Source: Acidimicrobiia bacterium (lineage in GTDB: Bacteria; Actinomycetota; Acidimicrobiia; Acidimicrobiales; VFJN01). Taken from it: a DNA stretch of 64,000 bases. The stretch covers positions 66,630 to 130,629 of the forward strand of contig JBKHYD010000036.1 of NCBI GenBank assembly GCA_046565645.1, given 5' to 3'. Shown here piece after piece: positions 26,957 to 39,225 of this stretch; position 1 is the stretch's first letter; every line of letters starts with the position of its first letter. The position numbers were made by a program, and so were the translations under genes. Under the pieces are notes generated by a model. It was not told the DNA's origin and did not search any database. It saw only the letters and a program-made list of their open reading frames with translations.

Positions 26957-28963
26957 TCAGTCGGTGACCTCCCCGCCCTCGGGCACGGCGTCGCCGAGGT
27001 CGCTGAGGTTCCCCCCGGTGGGGGCTGCGGGCAGCTCGACGGCCCCGGAGAGGACGTCGAAGAGCCGTCGGGCCACCGGTGCCGCCACCGAGCCGCCGTA
27101 GCCCGACTCCTCGAGGAGCACCGACACCGCGTACTGGGGGGCGCCGGCGGGCCCGATGGCGCCGAACACCGCGGTGGGCGCCTTGTTGGCGACCTGAGCG
27201 GTGCCGGTCTTGGCTGCCACCGGGTACTGGTCGCTCGGGAAGCCGGCGAAGGCGCCGGTGGCGGTGCCCCCCTCCTGGGTGGTCACCCCGACCAGGCCGT
27301 CGACGATCGCCTGCTGCCACCCGGGCTGGATCTCCAGCGTGTGGCGCACCACCGGCTCGAGCGTGCGCTTCACCTCGCCGGTGACGCCGTCGCGCACCTC
27401 GCTCACCACCTGCGGCTGCATGAGCTGGCCGCCGTTGCCGACGGCGGCATAGGCGACCGCCAGCTGCAGCGGGGTGACGAGGACGTCGCCCTGCCCGATC
27501 GACATGTTGACGTTGTCACCGGTGCGCCAGGTGTCCTCCACGCAGGCCGCCTCTTCGCAGAACTCCTTCTTCCAGGTGGGCGAGGGGATCCGGCCCGCCT
27601 GCTCCCCCGGGAGGTCGATCCCGGTCTTGGCGTAGAAGCCCCACTCCTCGAGCAGCTCGCGGAACCGCTCGGGGCCGCCCAGCGCGTCCTGCTCGACCCA
27701 GAAGCGGGCACCGAGGTTGTAGTAGTAGAAGTCCGACGACACCGTGAGGGACCGGCGGAGGTCGACGCGCCCGTAGGCCTTGCCGCCGTCGTTGCTGAAG
27801 AAGCAGGAGTCGCCCCGGCAGCCCGGCACCTCGAAGCGGCCGGTGTCGTTGACGGTGGACTCGGGCGTGACCAGGCCGGCGGTGAGCGCCGCCCAGGCCG
27901 TGAAGGGCTTGAACGTGGAGCCGGGCGCGTACTGGCCCTGCAACGCCCAGTTGTTGAGCGGGTAGTGGTTGGCCGGGTCGCTCAGCTCGGCCCACTCCAT
28001 CTCGCTGATGCCGTCGACGAAGCGGGTGGGGTCGTAGCTCGGGAGGGAGGCCATCGCCACCACCCCTCCCGTGTTCGGGTCGAGCACCACGGTGGAGCCG
28101 ACCTTGCCGACGTTGGGCAGGTCGCCGCTGCGTGGGGGGCGCTCGGCGGCCCGGTTGAGGGCGGTCTGCAGCGCCTGCTCCGCCTGGGCCTGCACGTCGA
28201 TGTCGAGGTTCAGGACGATGTCGTCGCCCGGCACGGGCGCGGTGGTGCCCTCGGGGATCACCCGGATGGTGTTGCCCTCGGTGTCGACCTCGAGCAGCGT
28301 CACGCCCGGGGTGCCGCGCAGGTCGGCCTCGTACATGCGCTCGACGCCCGCCTTCCCGATGGCGTCGTTGAGCGTGTAGGGCTTGCGGGTGTCCTCGGGG
28401 ACGGCCTCGAGCTCCTCCTTCGTGACCTTTCCGGTGTAGCCCAGGACGTGGGCCGCCAGCGGGCCGTAGGGGTAGCGCCGAACGGCGACGCGCTCGGCGG
28501 CCACCGAGGGCAGCTCGGCGCGGCGCTCGTCGATCCAGATCTTGAGGTCCTCGGGCACGTCGCTGGCGACCGGCACCGGCACGTACGGGCTGTAGCGCTG
28601 GTCGGCGATGCGCTCCTCCAGCTCGGCCACCGTGGTGGGCTTGCTGGTCTCGGAGAGGCCCTCGGCGAGGCGGGTGAGGACCGCCGTTCGCTCCTCGTCG
28701 TCGAGCTCCTTCAGCACCGTGCGGTCGATGGTGACCTGGATCGAGACCCGGTTGTCGACGAGCACCCGGCCCTTGGCGTCGAGGATCCGGCCTCGCGGCG
28801 CCTCCACCGGCACCTCCCGCACGCGGTTGGCCTCGGCCACCACCTCGTACTCCTCGTTCGACATCACCTGCAGGTACCAGAGGCGGGTGAACAGGGCCGC
28901 GAACATGGCGAACACGACGATGCCGAGGATCGAGAGGCGGAGGCGGGGGTTGTCGGCGTTCAT
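26957..28963 (-). CDS. mrdA: penicillin-binding protein 2 (elongation transpeptidase)
   Basis: ATG 28963 (MNADNPRLRLSILGIVVFAMF...). Transpeptidase motifs STFK (PGSTFKPF), SxN (FFSNDGG) and KTG (AAKTGTAQV). ATGA overlap with the mreD stop. Confidence 0.9.
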   Translation of the reverse strand: MNADNPRLRLSILGIVVFAMFAALFTRLWYLQVMSNEEYEVVAEANRVREVPVEAPRGRILDAKGRVLVDNRVSIQVTIDRTVLKELDDEERTAVLTRLAEGLSETSKPTTVAELEERIADQRYSPYVPVPVASDVPEDLKIWIDERRAELPSVAAERVAVRRYPYGPLAAHVLGYTGKVTKEELEAVPEDTRKPYTLNDAIGKAGVERMYEADLRGTPGVTLLEVDTEGNTIRVIPEGTTAPVPGDDIVLNLDIDVQAQAEQALQTALNRAAERPPRSGDLPNVGKVGSTVVLDPNTGGVVAMASLPSYDPTRFVDGISEMEWAELSDPANHYPLNNWALQGQYAPGSTFKPFTAWAALTAGLVTPESTVNDTGRFEVPGCRGDSCFFSNDGGKAYGRVDLRRSLTVSSDFYYYNLGARFWVEQDALGGPERFRELLEEWGFYAKTGIDLPGEQAGRIPSPTWKKEFCEEAACVEDTWRTGDNVNMSIGQGDVLVTPLQLAVAYAAVGNGGQLMQPQVVSEVRDGVTGEVKRTLEPVVRHTLEIQPGWQQAIVDGLVGVTTQEGGTATGAFAGFPSDQYPVAAKTGTAQVANKAPTAVFGAIGPAGAPQYAVSVLLEESGYGGSVAAPVARRLFDVLSGAVELPAAPTGGNLSDLGDAVPEGGEVTD

Positions 28964-29487
28964 CGCATGATGGCCCGGGCGCGCACGCTGCCGGCGGTGT
29001 CGGTGGCCCAGCGGACAGCCCGCAGCACGAGGGGCGCCGCCAGCGCGTTGAGGACCGAGACCACCAGTGCGATCCGCAGCAGCGATGGGTGCAGGAGGTC
29101 CTGCCCGACGATCGTGCCGAACACGCCGTAGAGGATGACACCCGCGGCGCTGCCGATGACCGCGGTGGCCATCGGGATCCAGCTCGCCGCCCGCAGCACC
29201 GTGTCCTGCAACGAGCCGATGACGTAGGCGACGATCACGTAGGTGAGCGCCGAGAGCCCGAACGGGCTCTGCAGCATGAGGTCGAAGGCGATGCCGGCGG
29301 CGAAGGCCACCGATGCCCCCCGGTCCGGTCCGGCGGCGAGTCCGGCCATGACGGCGACGAGCAGCATGAGGTCGCCCTGCACGCCGAAGACCTCGATGCG
29401 CGCGGCGACGGCCAGCTGGACGATGAGGGCGACGGCGAGCAGGAAGGACACCCGGGCCGCCACCACGAAGGGCCCGGCCGGGGTCAT
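28960..29487 (-). CDS. mreD: rod shape-determining protein MreD
   Basis: Small polytopic protein (MTPAGPFVVAARVSFLLAVALIVQ...) between mreC and mrdA. ATGA overlaps at both ends. Confidence 0.8.
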   Translation of the reverse strand: MTPAGPFVVAARVSFLLAVALIVQLAVAARIEVFGVQGDLMLLVAVMAGLAAGPDRGASVAFAAGIAFDLMLQSPFGLSALTYVIVAYVIGSLQDTVLRAASWIPMATAVIGSAAGVILYGVFGTIVGQDLLHPSLLRIALVVSVLNALAAPLVLRAVRWATDTAGSVRARAIMR

Positions 29488-30317
29488 CCGCCGGGCTCCC
29501 AGAGCAGCACGGTGACGAAGGCCAGGCGCCTGGTGTCGGCCAGCGGCTCGACGACCAGGTCGACGGTGAGCCCGCCGCTGCCGGGCTGGGAGCCGACCAC
29601 CGTGCCGACCGGGATGAACCCGGGGAAGGCGCTGCGGTCGGACCCGCTGGTGGTGAGCGCCGCCCCCTCGTCCACCTCGGTGCCGGCCTCGAGGCCGGTG
29701 TCGACGACGAGCGGGTCGCCTTCGCCGGTGCCCTCCGCCGTGCCCGTGACACCGGACTCCACCAGCCTCACGCCCACCGCGAACTCGGGGTCCGTGATGA
29801 GCATCACGTGCGAGCGCTGGCCGGTCACCTGCACGAGCTTGCCGAGGAGGCCGGCGCCGGTCACCACCGGCATGCCCTCCTTCAGGCCGTGGTCGCTGCC
29901 CTTGTCGATCTCCACGGCCCGGGAGAAGTTGGACCCGGGCCCGGCGATGACGCGGGCGGTGGCGGTGGGGATGTCGCCCACCCACTCGATCTCGAACTGC
30001 TCGAGCAGGACCTCGAGCTGCTCGGCGGCGTCTGCGTCGCGCACGCGCTCGCCCCGCATCTCGTCGATCAGGGCTCGCAGCTCCTCGTTCTCCTGCTCGA
30101 GGTCGTCGTAGCCGGTCACGCCGCTCCAGGCGTCGGCGAAGGGATCGGTGACCGTCTCCGCGACGCCCCGGAGCGGGGAGAACACCGACGCCGCGACCTC
30201 GCGGGCCCCGGAGACCACCGCCGAGTCGCGGAAGTCGAGCGTGAGGACCGTGATCGAGGTGAGCACGAGGAGCGCGATCGTGAGCCGCGAGCGGCCGGTG
30301 CGCCGGGACAGGGCCAC
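29484..30317 (-). CDS. mreC: rod shape-determining protein MreC
   Basis: N-terminal anchor, coiled coil (LEQENEELRALIDEM), beta-rich C-terminus (GMPVVTGAGLLGKLVQV). Position between mreB and mreD. Confidence 0.9.
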   Translation of the reverse strand: MALSRRTGRSRLTIALLVLTSITVLTLDFRDSAVVSGAREVAASVFSPLRGVAETVTDPFADAWSGVTGYDDLEQENEELRALIDEMRGERVRDADAAEQLEVLLEQFEIEWVGDIPTATARVIAGPGSNFSRAVEIDKGSDHGLKEGMPVVTGAGLLGKLVQVTGQRSHVMLITDPEFAVGVRLVESGVTGTAEGTGEGDPLVVDTGLEAGTEVDEGAALTTSGSDRSAFPGFIPVGTVVGSQPGSGGLTVDLVVEPLADTRRLAFVTVLLWEPGG

Positions 30318-30331
30318 GTACGAGCGGCGCG

Positions 30332-31372
30332 TCAGTGGGTGGCCGACGAGGAGAACAGCACGCCCTTGAGGGCCTCGAACTCCTCCAGCGACTGGCCGGA
30401 CCCGATGGCCACCGCATGGAGCGGATCGGGGGCGATCACGATGGGCATGCCGGTCTCGTGGTGGAGGCGGGCCTGCAGACCGTGGAGCAGCGCCCCGCCG
30501 CCGGCCAGCATGATGCCCTTCTCCATGATGTCCGCGGCCAGCTCCGGCGGCGTCTTGTCGAGGGTGACCTTCACGGCGTCGCAGATCGCGGAGACCGGCT
30601 CCTCCATGGCCTCCCGGATCTCCTCGGTGCTGGTGACGATCGTCTTCGGCAGGCCGGTAACGAGATCTCGGCCGCGGATCTCGGCGTGGAGCTCCTCCTC
30701 GAGCGGCCAGGCCGACCCGAGCGCGATCTTGACCTCTTCGGCGGTGCGGTCGCCGACGGCGAGGGAGTACTCCTTCTTGATGAACTGGACGATAGCGTCG
30801 TCCAGCTCGTCGCCGCCCACCCGCACGGACTGGCTGGCCACGATGCCGCCCAGGGAGATGACGGCCACCTCGGTGGTGCCGCCCCCGATGTCCACGATCA
30901 TGTTGCCGGTCGGCTCCTGCACGGGCAGCCCGGCGCCGATGGCCGCGGCCATGGGCTCCTCGATGATGTAGGCCGGCTTGCGGGCACCGGCGTACTCGGC
31001 CGCCTCCTGGACGGCCCGCTGCTCGACCCCGGTGATGCCGGAGGGGACGCAGATGACCATGCGGGGCTTGCTCCAGCGGCGGTTGTTCACCTTCTGGATG
31101 AAGTAGCGGAGCATCTTCTCGCAGATCTCGAAGTCCGCGATGACGCCGTCCTTGAGGGGCCGGATGGCCTGGATGTGCGACGGGGTGCGGCCGATCATGC
31201 GCTTGGCCTCGACGCCGACGGCCAGCGGCCGGCCGTCGCGGACGTTCACCGCCACCACCGACGGCTCGTTGAGGACGATCCCCCGCCCGCGCACGTACAC
31301 CACGGTGTTGGCCGTGCCCAGGTCGACCGCCATGTCGCGGCCCATGATCGAAGAGAGGACGTTCTCGGACAT
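30332..31372 (-). CDS. mreB: actin-like rod shape-determining protein MreB
   Basis: [63 protein letters not shown]. Confidence 0.97.
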   Translation of the reverse strand: MSENVLSSIMGRDMAVDLGTANTVVYVRGRGIVLNEPSVVAVNVRDGRPLAVGVEAKRMIGRTPSHIQAIRPLKDGVIADFEICEKMLRYFIQKVNNRRWSKPRMVICVPSGITGVEQRAVQEAAEYAGARKPAYIIEEPMAAAIGAGLPVQEPTGNMIVDIGGGTTEVAVISLGGIVASQSVRVGGDELDDAIVQFIKKEYSLAVGDRTAEEVKIALGSAWPLEEELHAEIRGRDLVTGLPKTIVTSTEEIREAMEEPVSAICDAVKVTLDKTPPELAADIMEKGIMLAGGGALLHGLQARLHHETGMPIVIAPDPLHAVAIGSGQSLEEFEALKGVLFSSSATH

Positions 31373-31616
31373 CGCGGCAAGGCCTCCGCTCGCTGCCTCC
31401 GGCGTAGAGGGGCAGCCTACTCGTGCAGGTCCGGAGCGCCTAGGGGCGGGTCAACGCCCCGATCGGATCCGGTGGTGTGCGGACCAGCCTACGGCTCGTA
31501 ACCGGAACGCAACAATCCGGGGTCGATCGGGCGGTGTGGCGTGGGGCACGGAACCGCGCAACGGTGCCGCCGACCGCGAGGCCAGCGGCACCGTCGCGCC
31601 ATGAGGTCAGGTCGGG

Positions 31617-32399
31617 CTACTCGACCGTGAGCTCCTGCAGCATCCCCTGCGTGAAGTGGGGCGGGCCGTCCTCGGCACCGCCGACCGGGATGAAGCAGAG
31701 CATCGCGTACTCGCCAGGGCTCAGCTCGGCGAAGGTGCTCGACGAGCCGCCCGGCGGGGCGAACGTGGCCCCGGCGAACTCGACCATCGACTCCGACTCC
31801 TCCTCGGGCAGCTCCACCAGCTCCTCCCAGGAGAGCTGCACCCCGGCCGCCTTCTTCACGAGGATCATCTCGTGCTCCTCCGAGTCGCTCTCGTTGACGA
31901 ACTCGAACGCGACCGTCCCGGCGGGGACCGTGGCCGGCACCCCCTCGAAGGCGTAGTCGACGCCGGTCACCTCGATCGACTCGAAGCCGCAGGCGTCCAC
32001 GGCCTGACCGGCCATCTCGGTGTAGGTCATGAAGGTGTCGTCGCTGTTGAACGGCTCCGAGTCGCCCTCCAGCAGGGCCTGGACAGACTCGTTCAGCTCG
32101 GCCGCGGTGTCGGCCAGCTCCTCGGGGGCGTTGTCGGCCACCGTCTGGAAGACCGGAGCGATCTCTTCGCCCGCCGCCTTGATCTCCTCTTCGGAGGAGC
32201 CCTCGTGGAGCTCCAGGTTGACCGCCATGGAGTTGAACTCGACCAGCGCGTCGCAGAAGGCCGCGTTGTCGCCTCCGGCGGCCGTGCCGCCGTCGTCGGC
32301 CGCCGCTCCCTCCTCGTCGGTGTCGTCCTCGTCGTCGCCGCAGGCGGCGAGGCCCAGTGCCAGCACCGCCGCCGCCGCGATGGCCGTGCCTCTCCTCAT
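31617..32399 (-). CDS. lipoprotein with a possible cupredoxin-like C-terminal domain
   Basis: ATG 32399; lipobox LALGLAAC; acidic linker. The C-terminus GEYAMLCFIPVGG....PPHFTQGMLQELTV resembles the G-x-Y-x-x-x-C...H...GM pattern of EfeO-type Cup domains (inference only). Confidence 0.6.
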   Translation of the reverse strand: MRRGTAIAAAAVLALGLAACGDDEDDTDEEGAAADDGGTAAGGDNAAFCDALVEFNSMAVNLELHEGSSEEEIKAAGEEIAPVFQTVADNAPEELADTAAELNESVQALLEGDSEPFNSDDTFMTYTEMAGQAVDACGFESIEVTGVDYAFEGVPATVPAGTVAFEFVNESDSEEHEMILVKKAAGVQLSWEELVELPEEESESMVEFAGATFAPPGGSSSTFAELSPGEYAMLCFIPVGGAEDGPPHFTQGMLQELTVE

Positions 32400-32605
32400 C
32401 CGTGGTCCCATGTCTCTGGTGTCTCCTCCTGGCCGTCGACCCGGTCCGGGCCGATCGTCTGCCCTCGGTGCTCCTCGGTGCGGACCTCCAGCAGCCTCAG
32501 CAGCTCCAGCCAGCCCGAGAACGGGACCGGTGGCTCCCCAGCGACAGCCACCCGACCCGAGACCCGGCCCTCGTCGTCGCTCGCGAGGTCGAGGAGGATC
32601 CGCAC
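32396..32605 (-). CDS. small hypothetical protein (69 aa), translationally coupled to the lipoprotein gene
   Basis: GTG start preceded by GGAGGGCG. The stop overlaps the lipoprotein ATG (ATGA at 32399-32396). Non-repetitive sequence RILLDLASDDEGRVSGRVAVAGEPPVPFSGWLELLRLLE. Confidence 0.45.
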   Translation of the reverse strand: MRILLDLASDDEGRVSGRVAVAGEPPVPFSGWLELLRLLEVRTEEHRGQTIGPDRVDGQEETPETWDHG

Positions 32606-32669
32606 CGCCCTCCACGATCCGCCGGCGGGGTCCCCCCTCGCATCGGGGGAACCCCCGACACCGGGCGGT

Positions 32670-35423
32670 TCAGGGGTCGACCGGGTGGGCGCGGGCCAGC
32701 TCGGTGCGGGAGCGGACCCCGAGCTTGGCGTAGATGCGGCTCAGGTGGTGCTCGACCGTCTTCGCGCTGACGATCAGCTCCTCCCCCACCTCCCGGTTGG
32801 TCAGGCCCGTCGCCACCAGCCGGGCGACGGCCTGCTCCGTCGGGGTGAGCTCGGCGCCCGTCCTGGCGGGGGACCGTCGCGGGCGCAACCCCGCCGTCTC
32901 GAGCTCGCGCGCGGCACGTTCGGCCCACGGGACCGCCCCGAGCCCCTCGAACGCGGCGCCCGCCCGCCGGAGCTGCTCGGCCGCCAGGCGACGGTGGCCG
33001 GCTCGTCGCGCCGCCCGACCGATCGCCAGCTGCAGCCGAGCGCCCACATAGGGGCCTGCGACTCCGGCGAGAGGCTCCGCCCGTCCCGCGAGGTCGGCGA
33101 GCGACCCCTCCGACGACGCCAGCGCGGCCCGGGCGCGGAGGTGGTCGGCCGCGACCAGCGGCGTCGTCGCCCGCACCTGCAGCTCCTCGGCCACCGCGGC
33201 CGCGTCCTCCATCCGGCCCTTCGCCACCAGCGCCTCGGCGTAGGTGGCCCGCCACGGGGCGATGCGCTCGTCGATGGGCTGACCGGCGAGCGCATCCCCC
33301 AGCGCGACCACCCGGTCCAGGTCGTTGGCGCAGGCCGCCACCTCGACGGCGCTCACCTGTGTGAGCACCGCGCTGACCCCACCCAGCTCGCGCGAGGCGC
33401 TCTCGGCCCGATCGAGGTGGTAGGCGGCGGCGGGGTGCCCCCGCGCGGCGAGCGGTCGGGCGGCGGTCGCATGGGGGATGGCCGCCATCCAGCGCTGGTC
33501 GGTGTCGTCGATCACCGACGCCGCCGTCTCGGCCAGCGCCACCGCGTCGTCCCAGCGTCCCTGGCGGTAGCGGACCTCGGCCAGGTAGAAACGGGCCGTC
33601 TCCCGTCCCACGAAGGATCCGTGGCTTCCCATCCGGAGGCTTCGCTCGAAGTCGGCGGCAGCGTCGTCCAGGTGGTGGCTCCACAGGCGGAGGAGGCCCC
33701 GGCCGCTCAGGGCGTCGGCCGCGGCCGGGCCGGGGACCCACGAGACCGCAGCGCAGAGGCGGTCGAGCTCCGCCAACCCCTCCCCGTACCGACCGCTCAG
33801 CGCGCTCGCCCCGGCCAGCAGGTGCGCGGTGCTGCCCCGGGCCGCTTCGAGCGGATCGAGGTCGATCGCGTGCCGGGCCCACCGGAGCCCCGCGTCGCCG
33901 TCGGCACGGTCCACCGCGAGGACCGCCGCTGCCGCGGCGACCGCGGCTGCGGTGCGTCGTGCCCCAGCGTCGAGGTCGGGGAGCCCGGCCTCGGAGCCGG
34001 CCTCGGCCACCAGGGCGTCCCAGGCCGCCTGGAGGTGGGCCCGGGCCTCGCGGCGGGGACCCAGCACGTAGGCCAGCCGCCCGGCCACGTGGTGGTGGCG
34101 GGGGCCTGACGGGTCCGGCTCGAGGCGATCGCGGAGCTCGGCCGCCTGATCGAGCTGGCCGGCGTCGAGGTACTGGTCGATGGCGTCGAGGACGGATGTG
34201 GCGCGTGCGGCCCGATCGGGGGCCACCGGCACCGCCATGCGGGACAGCAGGGCGGCGGTGGCGGGCCGGCCACCCGCGCCCTCGGCTGCGGCGGCCGCAG
34301 CGGCCTCGCCCCACAGCTGCCGATCGGGGCCAGAGGCGGCCGAGAGGCGGTGTCGAAGCGCAGGGAGGCCGGTGAGCGCCGCCGCCGCCGCCCGGTGGAG
34401 CTCGGTCCGCCGCTCTTGGGAGAGGTCCCCCAGCAGTACGGCGCGGACGAGGGGGTGGGCGGTGGTGACGCGTCGATCGAGCCCGTCGGGGCCGGGCACG
34501 ACCACGAGCAGGCCCCGCTCGACCCCCGCGTCGACGGCGGCGAGGACCTCGTCGACGCCGGTGACCCGGGCGAGCAACGCCGGGGCGACCGGCTCCTCGA
34601 GGACGGCGGCTGCCATCACGACCGCCTCCACGGACGGTCCCGCCCCCGCCAGCCGGCTGAGGACGAGGGTGCCGAAGGACCGGGGGGCGGGAAGCTCCCC
34701 CTCGACGAGGAGCGCGCCAGGGGGCAGCTCCTCGAGCAGGGTCCGGAGGTGCAGGGGGACTCCCCCGGTGTGCGACCGGAGCCGTTCCGCGGCGGCGGCG
34801 CTGATCGGTCGGCCGGTGTGCTCGACGGCGACCCGGCGCACGTCGTCGCGACCGAGGGGCGCCAACGGCAAGCGCACGCCCTCGTCGTCCACGAGGCGCA
34901 CCAGCGCCGCGGGCAGGCGATGCTCCTCCCCGGCCCGGCACGCCACCACGAGCGCCGCCGGGTCGCGGCGGAGCCGGCGCGCCGCGAACGTCAAAGCGAG
35001 GAGCGACGGGGAGTCGGCCCAGTGGGCGTCGTCCACGACGACCACGAGCGGTCCCGCCGCCGCGAGGTCGAGCCGGTCGACGAGCGACACCATCGCGGCG
35101 CCCATCGCCAGCGGGTCGGCAGTCATCGCGGCCCGGAGGCTGATCCGGTCGTCCTCCCGGAGCGGGGACGACCGGATCAGCTGGTCGGTGATCCCGTGGG
35201 CGACATGCGCCTCGCTGTCGGCGCCGCTGGCCCACAGCACGGTGGCCTCGACGTCGGTGAGCGCGGCTCGGAGGAGAGAGGTCTTGCCGATGCCGGCGGC
35301 GCCGGTGACGAGGGCCACGCCGCGCCGCCCGGCCCGGGCGTCGGCCACCACGGCCGCCAGGGCAGCCAGAGCGGGGTCGCGGCCCGGGAGAGCCTCCGTT
35401 CGTCCCAGTCCGAACGCGTTCAT
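32670..35423 (-). CDS. large ATP-binding LuxR-family regulator (LAL/MalT-like)
   Basis: N-terminal P-loop [13 protein letters not shown], long helical/TPR-like middle. C-terminal Lux[49 protein letters not shown]. Confidence 0.9.
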   Translation of the reverse strand: MNAFGLGRTEALPGRDPALAALAAVVADARAGRRGVALVTGAAGIGKTSLLRAALTDVEATVLWASGADSEAHVAHGITDQLIRSSPLREDDRISLRAAMTADPLAMGAAMVSLVDRLDLAAAGPLVVVVDDAHWADSPSLLALTFAARRLRRDPAALVVACRAGEEHRLPAALVRLVDDEGVRLPLAPLGRDDVRRVAVEHTGRPISAAAAERLRSHTGGVPLHLRTLLEELPPGALLVEGELPAPRSFGTLVLSRLAGAGPSVEAVVMAAAVLEEPVAPALLARVTGVDEVLAAVDAGVERGLLVVVPGPDGLDRRVTTAHPLVRAVLLGDLSQERRTELHRAAAAALTGLPALRHRLSAASGPDRQLWGEAAAAAAAEGAGGRPATAALLSRMAVPVAPDRAARATSVLDAIDQYLDAGQLDQAAELRDRLEPDPSGPRHHHVAGRLAYVLGPRREARAHLQAAWDALVAEAGSEAGLPDLDAGARRTAAAVAAAAAVLAVDRADGDAGLRWARHAIDLDPLEAARGSTAHLLAGASALSGRYGEGLAELDRLCAAVSWVPGPAAADALSGRGLLRLWSHHLDDAAADFERSLRMGSHGSFVGRETARFYLAEVRYRQGRWDDAVALAETAASVIDDTDQRWMAAIPHATAARPLAARGHPAAAYHLDRAESASRELGGVSAVLTQVSAVEVAACANDLDRVVALGDALAGQPIDERIAPWRATYAEALVAKGRMEDAAAVAEELQVRATTPLVAADHLRARAALASSEGSLADLAGRAEPLAGVAGPYVGARLQLAIGRAARRAGHRRLAAEQLRRAGAAFEGLGAVPWAERAARELETAGLRPRRSPARTGAELTPTEQAVARLVATGLTNREVGEELIVSAKTVEHHLSRIYAKLGVRSRTELARAHPVDP

Positions 35424-35491
35424 CTCCGGCCGTTCTTAACCGACCGGGAGGGTTCTCAGCCGACCTGGGGCCGGCCGGCGGGCGCGCGGCG

Positions 35492-35902
35492 CTACCGCGC
35501 TGGGAACCAGAGGCCGATCTCGCGGGCTGCGGACTCGTGGCTGTCGGAGGCGTGGACGAGGTTCTCGGTGGTGACGGTGGCGAAGTCGCCCCGGATGGTT
35601 CCGGGCTCGGCGTCGTCGACCTTGGTGGCACCGACCAGCTTGCGGACCAGCGCGTAGGTGTTGTCGGCCGGGCCCTCCACGACCATCGCGAACGCGGGGG
35701 AACGGGTGAGGAAGGCCACCAGCTCGCCGAAGAACGGCTTGTCGGCGTGCTCCGCGTAGTGCTCCTCGGCCAGGCGCCGGTCGACGCTCCGCAGCTCGGC
35801 GGCCACCAGGGTGAGGCCCTTGCGCTCGATGCGGGCGATGATCTCGCCGACGAGGCCCCGCTCGACGGCGTCGGGCTTGGCCATGACGAAGGTGCGGTTC
35901 AT
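35492..35902 (-). CDS. ndk: nucleoside-diphosphate kinase
   Basis: [29 protein letters not shown] ... NLVHASDS (active-site His). The track ORF extends 6 codons further to a TTG at 35920. Confidence 0.95.
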   Translation of the reverse strand: MNRTFVMAKPDAVERGLVGEIIARIERKGLTLVAAELRSVDRRLAEEHYAEHADKPFFGELVAFLTRSPAFAMVVEGPADNTYALVRKLVGATKVDDAEPGTIRGDFATVTTENLVHASDSHESAAREIGLWFPAR

Positions 35903-37263
35903 GGCCGGGACGCTAGGCAAGCGACCGCGGGGCCCGGAAATCCCCCGGCCGAGCGGTCAGGCGAGCAGGCCGAGGCGGCGAGCGGCCGCACGTGCCGCGC
36001 CGACGGTGTACAGGCTGCCGGTGACCAGCACGGCGTCGTCGTCGGGGGCGAGCTCGAGCGCGGCGGCGAGCGCGTCGCCCACGTCCGGCACGACGCGCGC
36101 CGTCCCCCCGAGCCCGCGCACGATGGCGGCCAGCTCGACGGCGGGCACCGCCCGCGGCGAGTCGGGGGCGCAGCAGACCACCTCGGCCGCCTGGTCGGCT
36201 CCGAGGATGCGGAGGAGCTCCTCGGGGTCCCGGCCGGTGAGGGTGCCGACCACGAGCCGGAGCTGGCCGGCGACGGCGAAGTCCTCCGTCAAGGTGGCGA
36301 TCGTGGCCCGAGCGCCGTCGGGGTTGTGGGCGCCGTCGAGGATGAGGAGCGGGTCGTGGCGCAGCACCTCGAATCGGCCCGGGTTCTCCACGGCCCCGAA
36401 GGCCTCCCGCACGATGGCGTCGTCGATGGGGCGCCCGAAGAACGCCTCGGCGGCGGCCAGCGCCACCGCCGCGTTGTCGCCCTGGTGCTCGCCGTGGAGC
36501 GGCAGGAACACGTCGTCGTAGGCGCCGCCGGGGGTGCGCAGCGACACGAGGCGCCCGCCGACCGCGAGGCGGTTGTCCACGCAGCCGAAGTCGCGGTCGC
36601 GGTACCAGCGCACCTCGGCCGGCGTGGCCTCGAACACGGGTCGCAGGTCGCTCGACGCCTCCCCCACCACGAACGTGGACCCGGGCTTCACGATGCCCGC
36701 CTTCTCCTCGGCGATGCGCTCCCGCCACCCGTCGGCACCGTCGGTGTGGTCCCGTCCGACGTTGGTGAGCACGGCCACCAGCCCGTCGACGACGTTGGTG
36801 GCGTCCCACCGCCCGAGCAGGCCGACCTCCACGACGGCGGCGGCGACGGCCTCGTCGGCGAACCAGCGGTAGGCGGCGGCGGTGAGCAGCTCGAAGTACG
36901 AGGGGCGGTGCGAGAGCAGCGGCTCGAGGCCGGCGAGGTCGGACAGGACGGCGGCGAGCTGCTCGTCGCTGATCGGCTCGCCGTTGCGGGAGATCCGCTC
37001 GTTGATCCGCTCGAGGTGGGGGCTGAGGTAGGTGCCGACGGGCAGGTCGTGGCCGCCCAGGAGGCGGGTGACCATCCTGGCCACCGAGCCCTTGCCGTTG
37101 GTGCCGGTGACGTGGACGGCGGGCTGGGCGTGCTGCGGGTCGCCGAGCACCCGGCACAGCTCGCGCATGTCGTCGAGCTTCAGGCCCTCGACGCGCCCGG
37201 CCACCGCCGGGGAGGACTCGAGGTCGATGTGCTGGCCCAGCCAGGCCAGCGCGTCGTCGAGGT

Positions 37264-38538
<1,275 letters not shown>

Positions 38539-38568
38539 GTCGTCGACCCCCGATGCCTTCCGTGGTTC

Positions 38569-39225
38569 CTAGCTGGCCCGCGTGATCGGACCGGTGTTGT
38601 CGGCCAGCGTACGGGCCGTGATGACCTCGTCGATGATGCCGTACTCGAGCGCCTCGGCCGCGGACATCACGAAGTCCCGCTCGGTGTCGGTGTGGATCTT
38701 CTCGGCCGACTGCCCGGTGTGGTGGGCGAGGAGCTCGTCGAGCTGCGTGCGCATCCGCAGGATCTCCTTGGCCGCCAGCTCGACGTCGGTGGCCTGGCCC
38801 CCCGCCTGGCCCCACGGCTGGTGGAGGAGGACCCGGGCGTGGGGCAGGGCGAGGCGCTTGCCCTTGGTGCCGGCGGCCAGGAGGACCGCGGCCGCCGAAG
38901 CCGCCTGCCCGAAGCAGATGGTGGAGATGTCGGGCTTCACGAAGCTCATCGTGTCGTAGATGGCGAAGAGCGCCGTGATGTCGCCGCCGGGGCTGTTGAT
39001 GTAGATGTTGATGTCCCGGTCCGCGTTCTCGGACTCGAGGTGGAGGAGCTGGGCGCAGATGAGGTTGGCGATCGTGTCGTCGATCGGTGTGCCCAGGAAG
39101 ATGATGTTCTCCTTGAGCAGGCGGCTGTAGAGGTCGTACGCCCGCTCGCCCCGGTTGGTCGACTCGACCACCGTGGGCACGAGATAGCTCGTGATCACCT
39201 GCTCGTGCTGGCCGATCGCATCCAT
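38569..39225 (-). CDS. clpP: ATP-dependent Clp protease proteolytic subunit (paralog linked to tig/clpX)
   Basis: ATG 39225 (MDAIGQHEQ...). [34 protein letters not shown], catalytic Ser context [11 protein letters not shown], and HQP. Confidence 0.93.
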   Translation of the reverse strand: MDAIGQHEQVITSYLVPTVVESTNRGERAYDLYSRLLKENIIFLGTPIDDTIANLICAQLLHLESENADRDINIYINSPGGDITALFAIYDTMSFVKPDISTICFGQAASAAAVLLAAGTKGKRLALPHARVLLHQPWGQAGGQATDVELAAKEILRMRTQLDELLAHHTGQSAEKIHTDTERDFVMSAAEALEYGIIDEVITARTLADNTGPITRAS

